Source of the DNA: Mobula hypostoma
Lineage: Eukaryota
DNA length: 64,000 nucleotides
Assembly (NCBI RefSeq): GCF_963921235.1
Contig: NC_086109.1
Coordinates: forward strand, 3,164,001 to 3,228,000
Direction: 5' to 3'
Each line of letters opens with the position of its first letter. Position 1 is the stretch's first letter. The position numbers were made by a program, and so were the translations under genes. The notes beneath the pieces were generated by a model. The model ran no database searches. It worked only from the letters and a program-made list of their open reading frames with translations, and was not told where the DNA came from. Positions 36,686-47,899 of the stretch are shown here, one piece after another.

Positions 36686-37119
36686 TCCTCCAACCTGATG
36701 GCATGAACATTAACTTCTCTAACTTCCGCTAATGCCCCACCTCCCCCTCGTACACAATCCCTTATTTATTTATATACACACATTCTTTCTCTCTCTCTAC
36801 TTTTTCTCCCTCTGTCCCTCTGACTATACCCCTTGCCCATCCTCCGGGTTTCCCCCCCTGCTTTTCTTTCTCCCTGGGCCTTCTGTCCCATGATCCTCTC
36901 CTATCCCTTTTGCCAACCACCTGTCCAGCTCTTGGCTCCATCCCTCCCCCTCCCGTCTTCTTCTATCATTTTGGATCTCCCCCTCCCCCCTCCCCCTCCC
37001 ACTTTCAAATCTCTTACTAGCTCTTCTTTCAGTTAGTCCTGACGAAGGGTCTCGGCCGGAAACGTCAACTAGAGATGCTGCCTGGCCTGCTGCGTTCACC
37101 AGCAACTTTGATGTGTGTT
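36686..37119 (+). mobile_element. Penelope-like pseudo-LTR with hammerhead motif (37035-37070)
   Basis: Homologous to 12868-13280; TSD gataaataa at 36675-36683 and 37120-37128. Confidence 0.88.
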
Positions 37120-37499
37120 GATAAATAACTCTGTTGGTCAGATAGGGGTCATAGATTCCCGGATTGCTACAGCAAGGAAACAGGCCCTTCAGCCCATCTA
37201 GTCCATGCCAAACTATTGTTCTGCCTAGTCTCATCAACCTGCACCTGCACCCTATAGTCCTGCATACCTCTCCCATCCATGTACTTATCCAAATTTCTCT
37301 TGAATTTTGCAAATGAACCCGTACATACCACTTCCTCTAGCAGCTCGTTCTACACTCACACTATCATCTGAGTGAAGTAGTCTCCTTCAGTTCCCCTTAA
37401 ATATTTCACCTTTCACCCTTGGCCTATGGCCTGTAGTTCTAGTCTCACCCAACTTCAGTGCTTGCATTCACTCTATCTGTACCCCTCATTATTTTGTAT

Positions 37500-38113
37500 C
37501 ATCATCATCATGTGCCATACTCTGCCAGAGCCTCGGTGATCACTCTCTTCCACTGCGATCTGTCGGCAGTCAAACCTCTTGCATCTCTGGCGGAGAGGCT
37601 GGTCCACCTCTTGATGTTGTTGATCCAGATTGTCCTCTGTCTGCCTTGGGAGCGGCTTCCTTCTACTGCCATCAAGCACAGTGCGTTCCAGTGTGTCATC
37701 AGTTCCTGAGATGTGTCCCAAATAGCGAAGTTTCCAGAAGTATTGGTTTCGTGCCAGTCTTTTCTAGGATGAAATTGTTGGATCTCCTTTCGATGTGTGA
37801 TACCCTGACGATCCGTCTGTATGTCCACATCTCAAATGCTGTCAACTTCTTTTCATCAGCTGCTTTGAGGGTCAATGTTTCACAGACATATAGGGTTACC
37901 GGCCAGACTAGACTCCTGAGGAGGCATGTGTTGCTGTCAGAGCTCACAGGTCTATCTTTCCAGATGTTCCAGAGTCTGGTAGTGTTTGTGCGTGCCATTG
38001 CTAGCCTTCACATTTCCTTGCTGCATCTGTTTGCATCATTTAGTTCTGCACCAAAGTATATAAAGGAGGACACTTGTTCAATCTTGTCGTTTCCGATGTA
38101 GATGTCAGCTTGA
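37500..38113 (-). mobile_element. RTE-clade LINE 3' fragment nested in an old CR1
   Basis: LLRSLVWPVTLYVCETLTL..KKLTAFEMWTYRR, FGHI and GRQRTIW motifs; (gat)n tail; 12-bp TSD attattttgtat at 37488-37499 and 38114-38125. Confidence 0.85.
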
Positions 38114-39318
38114 ATTATTTTGTATACCTCTATCAAATCTCCCCTCATTCTCCTATGCTCTAGGAAATGAACGCTCTAGTCAACTTTTCCCTGCAACTCA
38201 GGTTCGCAAGCCTGAGATACATCCTCATAAATTTCCTTTGCACTCTTTTACTCTTATTGGTATCTTTCCTATAGGTAGGTGACCAGAACTTCACACAATA
38301 CCCCAAAATGGACCTCACCAACATCTTAGAACTTCAACGTAACATCCCATCTCTTGTACTCAAAACTCCAATTTACGAAGGTGAATGTACCAAAAGCTCT
38401 CTTTGCAACCCTGTCTACTTGTGATGCCACTTTCAAGGAAATTTGGATCTGTATTCCCAGATCCCTCTGTTCTATCGCGCTCCTCAGTACCTAATTGTTC
38501 AATGTGCAAGGCCTGCCCTGGTAGGTCTTCCCAAAGTACAATACTTCTCACTTGTCTGCAGCAAATTTCATCTGCTATTTTTCAGCCCACTTTTCCAACT
38601 GGTCCAGATTCCGCTGCAAGTTTTGATGGTATTTCTTGTTTGTAACTTGTGCAGTCGCATGCAGATTTCAACTTGCACTAGAGGAGATATTATCCTTGTA
38701 ACACTGGTGGAAGCCTCGGAGCAATTCACTCACCATAAGGAAAGAGTGCAGTGCCCGAACCTGGGTGTGAGGTTGGATCGCTCCAAGCACCAGCCTGATT
38801 TGGTGGCATTGAGAATGGCTTTGGGCAGTGCGGCCTAGGTGTGTCACTGTGCCAGGGCCCAGTGCTTAGAGCAAGGCATGACCCAGCACTTAGACAAGTT
38901 CAATGTCAGCCCAGATAGACCAGAAAGCTCGAGAGTCAGGCTGATTTTGCTCGCTCTCCCGCAATATAAATTCCTCTCTCCAGTGGCTGTTCCCTCTGCG
39001 AGTTTCGCAGCATTTTTGCCCCGCTAATACGATGAACTGAGATCAAGGCTTAGGCCTATTACTCTGGCTGCTCGATGGAGCAGATCTATAGATTCAATCT
39101 GGTTTGGAATGCTGTTGTTTGCATCTATTGTTTATATGATGTGTGTGTTTTTTTATCCTCCTACTCTGCGCGATGGTTATAGTATTTCTTTATTATTGGG
39201 TTCTTAAGGTTTTTCACTCTGTGTCTGCCTGTAAGCAAGCAAATCTCGAGGTGCATAATTTATACAATCTTTCGTAATAAATGTACTTTGATACTTTGAT
39301 GAATTTGGAGTACTATTT

Positions 39319-39547
39319 TGTGGTAAACCATGTATATATGTTGTAACTGGGTTACCTGTCTGGACACACCCCTCTGCTGACTGCCCCTGTGGCTCCTCCC
39401 ACAGAGTCCTGTATAAAGGTGTTCGCCTTGCCCCTTCCCCTCAGTCCGGGGGCAGACACTCACTGTGGAGGTCGTATTGTACAGCGAATAAAAGCCTTTC
39501 AGTATTTTACCAAACCTCAGTCTTTTGGAGTAATTGAAGGTGCTTCA
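39319..39547 (+). repeat. 5' LTR
   Basis: TG...CA; TATAAA at about 39412; AATAAA at 39487-39492. Confidence 0.95.
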
Positions 39548-39573
39548 ATTTTATTCGCTGTACATTTTAAAAC

Positions 39574-42500
39574 ATGGAACAGGCCCTGAGACCAGAAAAA
39601 TTAGACCTCAATCCGCAAACACCTGAAGCTGAAAACGCTTTCGAACTCTGGCTGGCCTGCTTCGAAGCGTATCTAGAGGAGATTAAAGCGACCGACCCCG
39701 TAGTGAAGCGCAGAGTTCTACTCCCCAGGGTCAGTCCACGGGTTTATTCGCTGATCAGAGACCAGCCGAACTATGACGGCACGATGAACGCACTCAAGAC
39801 AATACCTGTGGCCGATAAACAGCGTCTATGCTCGACACCGCTTAGCGACACGGCAACAACGCCCCGGGGAATCGAGTGCTGAGTTTGTCCAGGCCCTACA
39901 GACGCTCGTGCGGGCCTGCAATTGCCAGGAGCTGACGGCGGCGCAGCATGCAGAACTCCTAGTGAGAGACGCCTTCGTCATGGGGACCAGGTCAGTGTAC
40001 GTGCGCCGGCGGCTGCTGGAAAAAACTGATCTTACCCTAAGTTCGGCGATCGAGCTGGCTGATACGTTGGAGGCCGCTCTGCATAACTCCGAGGCTCTCC
40101 AGGCACGCGATCCCCCGATGGCCTCGTGGGTACCGCAGACCCCGCAACCTGCCGGCGAATCGACCTCAGCTGCCGCCAGTCGTGAGTCCGCGAAGTGTTA
40201 CTTCTGCGGACTGGAGAAGCACCCCCAGAAACGCTGCGCGGCCCGACAAGCTACCTGTTCCAGCTGCGGAAAGAAGGGCCACTTCGCCAAGGTCTGTAAG
40301 TCAAAACCGCGAGCGGGGTCGAGCAGCGCCGCGTGCAAGACGGGGCCGCCATCTTCCCTGCACACTGCCACCACGTGCGAGACATGGGGGCCGCCATCTT
40401 CCCTGCACACCGCCACCACGTGCGAGACATGGGGGTGGCCATCTTGGTCAGCGCCACCTCCCACCGCCCACGACCAACGGGTGCTCACGGGACACTCCAC
40501 CGCGCCGGACCAAGACAGCGACCTCACCCTGGCTTCTGTGACCCTCGACCAAAGCGCTCCCCACCAGCTCGCAAGGTCAATGATGGACATCCTGGTGGAG
40601 GGGCACAGGACAAGCTGCCTGTTTGACACAGGCAGCACGGAGAGTTTTATCCACCCGGCCACGGTGCAGCATTGTGGACTCATGATACGGCCGGTAAGTC
40701 AGAGGGTCACCATGGCCTCCGGGTCACATACAACAGACATCTGGGGGGGTTGTACAGCGACGCTAGTGGTGCAGGGCACAGAATATCGGGACTTTACGTT
40801 ACTGGTCTTGCCTCAACTGTGTGCCCCTGTGCTGTTGGAGTTGGACTTCCAGAGCCACCTGAAAAGCGTGACAATGAAGTATGATGGGCCCCTCCCACCA
40901 ATTATTGTCATAAATCCCCTGTTTTGTAGAGATATGTCACGTACCCCACTACTGACCACACACACACTGACCCGCACATCCCACCCAACATCATGCCAAC
41001 TGCCACACTACCGACACCACTTGCGGCCTCTCCACCCTCAGGATCCCTCCCCCACCGCTGTTCGCCAACCTGACCCCCGACTGTAAACCTGTGGCAACTA
41101 AAAGCAGGAGGTACAGCGCGGGGGACAGAGCCTTCATTAAGTCGGAGGTGCAGCAGCTGCTCAGGGAGGGGGTCACTGAGGCAAGCACAAGTCCTTGGAG
41201 GGCGCAGGTGGTGGTTGTTTGGAACGGGGAGAAGAATAGGATGGTCGTGGACTATAGCCAGACCATCAATAGGGTCACGCAGCTCGACGCGTACCCTCTA
41301 CCCCGCATCGCGGATACGGTCAATCAGATAGCACAGTACAAGGTGTACTCGACCATAGACCTAAAATCCGCCTACCATCAGCTCCCCATCCGCCGGGAGG
41401 ACCGCCCTTACACTGCCTTCGAGGCGGACGGCAGGCTTTATCAATTCCTGTGCGTCCCCTTTGGTGTCACAAATGGTGTATCTGTCTTCCAGAGGGCAAT
41501 GGACCGGATGGTGGACCAGTGCCAACTGAAGGCCACGTTCCCATATCTGGATAACATCACCATCTGCGATCACGACCAGCAGGATCACGGCAACAACCTC
41601 CAAAAATTTCTCCAAGCGGCCAAATCTTTCAACCTCACCTATAACAAGGACAAGTGTGTATTTGGGATCACCCGACTTGCTATCCTTGGGTGTGTCGTGG
41701 AGAATGGAGTCATTGGCCCTGACCCCGACCGTATGCGCCCCTTGTTGGAACTCGCTCCTCCCAACACCCTCAGAGCCCTCAAAAGGTGCCTGGGCTTCTT
41801 TTCATATTACGCCCAATGGGTCTCTAACTATGCAGACAAGGCCTGCCCCTGGTCAAGTCCACCACATTCCCCCTCTCAGCCGAGGCCCACGCGGCCTTCA
41901 ACCGCATAAAAGGGGACATTGCCAAAGCAGCAATGCATGTGGTGGATGAGACCATTCCCTTCCAAGTAGAGAGTGACGCCTCCGACTTTGCGCTGGCTGC
42001 TACCCTCAACCAGGCAGGAAGACCAGTGGCGTTCTTCTCCCGTACTCTTCAAGGCCCTGAAATTCGGCACTCTGCGGTAGAGAAAGAGGCCCAGGCCATA
42101 GTGGAAGCCATAAGGCACTGGAGGCACTATCTTGCCGGCAAAAGGTTCACCCTGCTAACTGACCAGCGCTCAGTCGCATTCATGTTTAATAATCAGCAGC
42201 GGAATAAAATCAAAAATGATAAAATTCTGAGGTGGAGAATCGAACTCTCCACCTACAACTATGACATCATGTACAGGCCTGGGAAGCTCAACGAGCCCTC
42301 CGATGCCCTATCCCGGGGAACATGCGCCAGCGCGCAGATCGACCGGCTATACGCCCTACATGTAGACCTTTGCCACCCGGGAGTCACCCGGCTTTTCCAC
42401 TTCGTGAAAGCCCGGAACCTGCCTTACTCCCTTGAGGAGATCAGGACGATGACCAGGGACTGCTAAGTCTGCGCAGACTGCAAACCACACTTCTACCGAC

Positions 42501-43474
42501 CCGAAAAGGCACAACTCATCAAGGCCACCCGCCCCTTTGAGCAACTGAGTGTTGACTTTAAGGGCCCCCTTCTGTCCTCCGACCGCAATGTGTACTTTCT
42601 TAACCCCGTAATTGACGAGTACTCGCGGTTCCCCTTCGCCATCCCCTGCCCCGACACCACTACCACGTCAGTTATAAAAGCCCTGCGCAAGCTCTTCACT
42701 CTGTTCGGATACCCATGCTATATCCACAGTGACAGAGCGTCCTCGTTTATGAGTGACGAGCTGTGCCAATATCTACTGGCTAGGGGAATTGCAACCAGTA
42801 GGACCACGAGCTATAATCCCCGGGGGAATGGACAGGTGGAGAAGGAGAATGGCACAGTGTGGAAAGCCACACTCTTAGCCCTCAGGTCAAAGGGACTGCC
42901 GGTCTCCCGCTGGCAGGAGGTCCTTCCCGAGGCACTCCACTCCATCCGCTCCCTGTTATGCACGGCCACCAATGCCACCCCTCATGAGCGGCTCTGTTCT
43001 TTTCCCAGAAAGTCGACCACTGGAACCACCCTACCATCTTGGCTGATGTCCCCGGGGCCAGTGCTGCTCCGGAAACATGCGAGGAGCAATAAATACTCCC
43101 CGATAGTCGAGAGGGTTCACTTACTTCATGCGAACCCCCAGTATGCCTATGTGGTTTTACCTGGTGGGCGGGAGGACACGGTCTCCATCCGCGACCTGGT
43201 GCCCGCAGGAGCTCCGGGCCCCTACCCTGAACACTCCGTGGTGACTATTAACCCCGTACCCACCAATGTATGTACCTACGAGACACCGTGCACCCCAAAC
43301 CCTATACGGACACCACACGACACTCCCATACCGGGCGCGACGCTCACGCACGAGGGATTACCGACGCCTAACGTGCTGACACCTGAAGTCAGGCCGGAGC
43401 CAGCACAACCGCCATTGCCAGTGCTACGTAGATCACAGCGACGGACTCGACCACCTGATCGACTTGACCTGTAA
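39574..43474 (+). pseudogene. gag-pol polyprotein with 3 frameshifts and 1 premature stop
   Basis: Two CX2CX4HX4C knuckles; protease LFDTGS; RT (IDLKSAYHQ, PFGV, YLDN); RNase H (SDAS, EKEA, TDQ); integrase HHCC with TAA at 42464-42466 and D-D-E (VDFKG, HSD, GQVEK); no chromodomain. Confidence 0.93.
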
Positions 43475-43544
43475 GTATACTTCTTGTAAATATTGTCAGT
43501 CACTTCACCCCGCGGGACTCTTTTTTAAAAAAAGGAGGGGTGAA

Positions 43545-43771
43545 TGTGGTAAACCATATACATGTTGTAACTGGGTTACCTGTCTGAACACACCCCTCTG
43601 CTGACTGTCCCTGTGGCTCCTCCCACAGAGTCCTGTATAAAGGTGTTCGCCTTGCCCCTCCCCCTCAGTCCGGGGGCAGACACTCACTGTGGAGGTCGTA
43701 TTGTACAGCGAATAAAAGCCTTTCAGTATTTTACCAAACCTCAGTCTTTTGGAGTAATTGAAGGTGCTTTA
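43545..43771 (+). repeat. 3' LTR
   Basis: Differs from the 5' LTR by about 5 substitutions and one 2-bp indel; terminal CA mutated to TA. Confidence 0.95.
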
Positions 43772-43999
43772 TATTTACATTTCTGGTCACTGCTTTACTG
43801 GAAAGATGTGGAGGCTTATGAGCAGCTGCAGAGGAAGTTCAATAGACTGATCCCAGGATTGAAAGGGCTAACATGAGGACGGTTTGATGGCTCTGGACTG
43901 GTTCTTGCTGGAGTTTAGAAGAACGAGGGATGGAACTCAATGAAATCTATTGAATATGAAATGCTTCGATAGAGTGGGTGGGTGGTGGAATACCTTTCC

Positions 44000-44348
44000 A
44001 CCAAAAGAAGGGTAAGGCATTCCTTCCCTCCTCTAGCTTACAGATCACCCTTAGCCACCCCCCCCCCACACCGATCAGGGTCACGTGAAGCATGGGAGCA
44101 GGTGGTGGATGGTCATATGAGCAGCTGATGCATATCACAAGTCCTGGTTATGCGACCACTGACACCAGCCAGACCATCTCTGAAGTGTATTGATAATGTA
44201 TAGGATCACCCACCTTGTAAAGACACCGCCCAGAAGAAGACAATGGTGAACCACTTCTGTAGCAAAATTTGCCAAGAACAATCATGGTCATGGAGACCAT
44301 CATCACCCATCATCGTTACATACAACACGGCATGTAACGATGACGATG
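44000..44348 (+). mobile_element. SINE-like element with (gat)-type tail; related copy at about 56490-56700 (minus)
   Basis: Shared accactgacaccag..cagaagaag..aaccacttctgtag..gccaagaacaatc blocks between the two loci. Confidence 0.6.
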
Positions 44349-46214
44349 AGATATACTGGAAGTGGAGAGAATGTGTCCTGTATCGGGGGAGTCTAGGATC
44401 AGACAGCACAGCCTCAGAATAGAAACCATAAAAACCTACAGCACAGAAACAGGCTTTTTGACCCTTCTTGGCTGTGCCGAACCATTTTCTGCCTAGTCCC
44501 ACTGACCTGCACACGGACCATATCCCTCCATATACCTCCCATCCATGTACCTGTCCAATTTATTCTTAAATGTTAAAAAAAGAACCCGCATTTACCACCT
44601 CATCTGGCAGCTCATTCCACACTCCCACCATTCTCTGTGTGAAGAAGCCCCCCACTAATGTTCCCTTTAAACTTCTCCACTTTCACCCAAGGATGTCTCT
44701 TTAGAACAGAGATGAGGAGGGTGGTGAATCTAAGGAATTTATTAGGGAGTATTCTGAAGTTACAGTATGTGAATATACCAGATACTAATTCAAACAAGAA
44801 GCAGGCTTCAGTTCTTACTGTAAATCTGAATAGATTCAGGAAGCTTGCAATTAGTCTTCAGTTTTTTGTAGATTGCAAGCAGTAAATTGGAGTTAAAAGT
44901 TCAGGCTACTCCGCAGACTAAGAGAATGCATATACAAAAGTGAAACGTTAAGACAATGGGTTTGTGTCAAACCAGAGAAACATGGCTAAATTATTTGACT
45001 CAAGTGCAAGCTGGTAGACCAGCTGGATGTTTTCGCCTGGCATAACAAACATGGTCACAGGCATAGGCAATCAATAGTTTTTGTGTACTTGCTATATTTG
45101 TGTACTGAGACAGTCCTGACAATATTAATTTTGGATCTCTAGCTCACTGTCATCAAAATGCTTTGGGATATTTGTGTTAATTAGTTTCTCTGAAAGGTAT
45201 TTGGACTTTCGGAGGTGTCTTTTCAATTACAATGTGATTCCACTGTGTATCTCAAAGGAACCATTTGTCAACCCAAAGTATTGAAGTAAACAACGTCATT
45301 GTAACTGTTGAAATTGCATTGTCTCACCTACTCATATCTTTGATCTTAAGGATAAAAAATGTGATGTACTTTTGGGTTGGTGAGCCTCTTACCGAGAGAG
45401 TCTCCAGAGTGGTGCCCGCTTGCTCTTCGATGTCACCTACGTCAGTGTGTCTCTGGTGACTTCATTCACAGTCGCAACAGAATTTATTGCTACATTCAGC
45501 TGTAGAGACCAAGTCACTAGGTGTATTTAAGTTCTGATAGGTACGGGAGTCAAAGGATACAAGGAGAAGATAGGAGAATGAGGTTAAGAGGAATGACGGA
45601 TTGGTGGGCAGACTGATTAGCCTAATTCTGCTCCCATGTCTTATTAGAGTGTGTGAGCTACAAGGAGAAGTTAGTTGAACTTGTTTTTTTTCTGGAATGT
45701 TGGAGACTGAGGGGAGGCCTGATAGAAGTATGAGAGGACTAGATAGGGCAGGCATCGGGGTCTTTCTTCCAGCATGGAAATACTATACACTAGAGGGCAC
45801 GGGGTTAAGGTGAGAGAGCATGAAAGGAGATTTATAAGGCAACTAGCTCACAACTGGAGTGGTGGGAGCCTGGAGCCTGCTGCCAAGGATGGTGTTGGGA
45901 GCAGGTATGATAGCAATGTTTAAGTCTGTTAGACAGGCAAGTGAACGGAGGGATATGAACAATGTGCAGCCAGGAAGGATTAGACAGTTTGGCATCAATC
46001 AGCGAAGACATCATAGGCTGAATGAGCTCACTGTGCTGGTACTGGTCTACATTCTGTTCTAAATTAGAAGTAAAAACTCAAGCTTGGGTTAAAACCAATG
46101 AACTCCCTCATCAAGCACCTTCAACACATGGGCTGCAGTGGCTGAAAGAGGCAGCTCACCCACCTTCTCAAGGGCTATTAGGGATGAGGCCAAGTTAAAT
46201 CTCCTTCAAGAGGG

Positions 46215-46450
46215 CCACAAAGTTGTCATAGGGTTTGGGGGCTTGCATGTCTCAATGACCCCGAGAGCTATGCTGGCTAGAGTCAGGGCCATGTGCTTTG
46301 GCTATTGGCGGGGTCACCCATCCCAAACAAATCAAAGGGTAGAGGCCAGACTAAGAGAGGTCCGCTGGTCATCCAGGTTCGTGGGTTCAGCTCAGGCCTA
46401 ACTGGTAAGATAAAATGGCAACAGGAACAAAAGTGAAGAATCCTTCTGTC
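46215..46450 (+). mobile_element. RTE (Rex3/Expander-like) 5' UTR remnant
   Basis: ggggcttgcatgtctcaatgacccc..gagctatg..ggtcacccat..aaagggtagaggccagactaag resembles RTE 5' ends as I recall them. Confidence 0.5.
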
Positions 46451-47899
46451 GCTGTGTGCGTCAGAGATGGAGGACGCTCATTGCTGCCTAAGTGCCAGCA
46501 GAATTACAGGCAGCGTCACAAGTGAAGCCCACAGACTAGAATGAACAAGAAGAGAGACCATTTCCTGCTACTGCACACAATGTCCAATTTGAGCTATGGG
46601 ATTTAGTGAATTGGAAGTGGAATGACTCTATATTTGTCAATAACTCACAAACAAACTCTTTGAAGATTGAAAATTATTAACGAAGTGCACAATTTTTTTG
46701 CTGTGGTCATATGAGAGACAGGCTTGAAGGGACATTCTATTTGTATGTGTGGTCTGATGTTGCTTCCTTGACGCATTCCAGCCATATGACAGGCACACAC
46801 AACTCTGCTTGTGTTGTCAATAAGCGTGATGTCACTGCAGCTAGAAACGTACCATTTTGCTAAAACGGGCCAAAAGGTGGCTCTTCTTTCAGTGTGGAGC
46901 TGAATATGTGACCTGCACTGGAGAGAGGCAACGGCAAGGAGCTCGTGTTCATTTGTCAGGTCGGATAAGTGTTAGTTCACCAAGGGCAAAAATGGCAGTT
47001 CCTATGCAACATTTCATTTTTTAACCAATAAAATTCAAGTGCCACATCTGGTATTTTGAAGAGACATCACGTTGAGCTTTGATGTGTTCTTCATAAAAGA
47101 AACTGTTATTTTCACTCAAGCAAATAAATAAGTTACTATATTTCCAACGCTTGAATAATAATTGAAAATCTAAATTGATTTTCTGTCTGTTCTTATCATA
47201 TTCATTGGCATAAAAGCGATACTGTAATCCAAATCCCTCACTGGCCATGAGCACGGATGGCACAATATTTGCCACCCAAATGATGCGGTCATATTCTACC
47301 CCAAGCTTTATCCTGCCCAGCTTCCTGAATTCCCTGCTCATTGGTAAATTAATCACAATGTGGCCGCTAACATATACAGTATTTATTCCATCTTATGAGA
47401 CATCATTTTTTCTGAAATATTAACAGAGTTGAGCTCCTTCCTGCCATTGTTGTCACTATTGCATATGTATAAAGGCTCGAGCAATGAGAAGAGTTTGCAG
47501 TCGCTCAGCAGAGCTCATGGTCAGCTCATCAATTTATCTAACAGCAGAGAAAGATTTTGTTGTAGCTAACTCGGCATTATTCTGAAAGGTTAAGTTCTGG
47601 GGTTAAGCGTCTCACTGAAAAATGACACAATACTTAAATAACTTTATCACAGTAGCGCATTCTTAGAAATGAACCACAGAATCCATACATCTTTGATTTA
47701 CTAAGCAAGATATTCTTAGGAAATGCAGCAATTTTCAGCTTTTTATTTCACTTCTCACCTTTTCACCCAGACACAGTAAAGCTAATTTAGTTAAATCTTT
47801 TTATCCTAAATAAATTACTCATTTTAAGAACGTCACCAGCCAGAGAACTTCATCTGCCGCATTCACTCATTCATTTATTTTAGACCAGACCAGAAATCC

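Larger units (their letters stand above)
39319..43771 (+). mobile_element. Full-length Ty3/Gypsy LTR retrotransposon
   Basis: Two LTRs of about 228 bp; 5-bp TSD tattt; polypurine tract 43527-43544; gag-PR-RT-RH-IN order; inserted in a CR1 fragment (LEY..FWS). Confidence 0.97.

Noticed and set aside
39319..43771. Endogenous retrovirus or chromovirus
   Set aside because: No env ORF and no chromodomain; the integrase ends about 70 bp before the 3' LTR.
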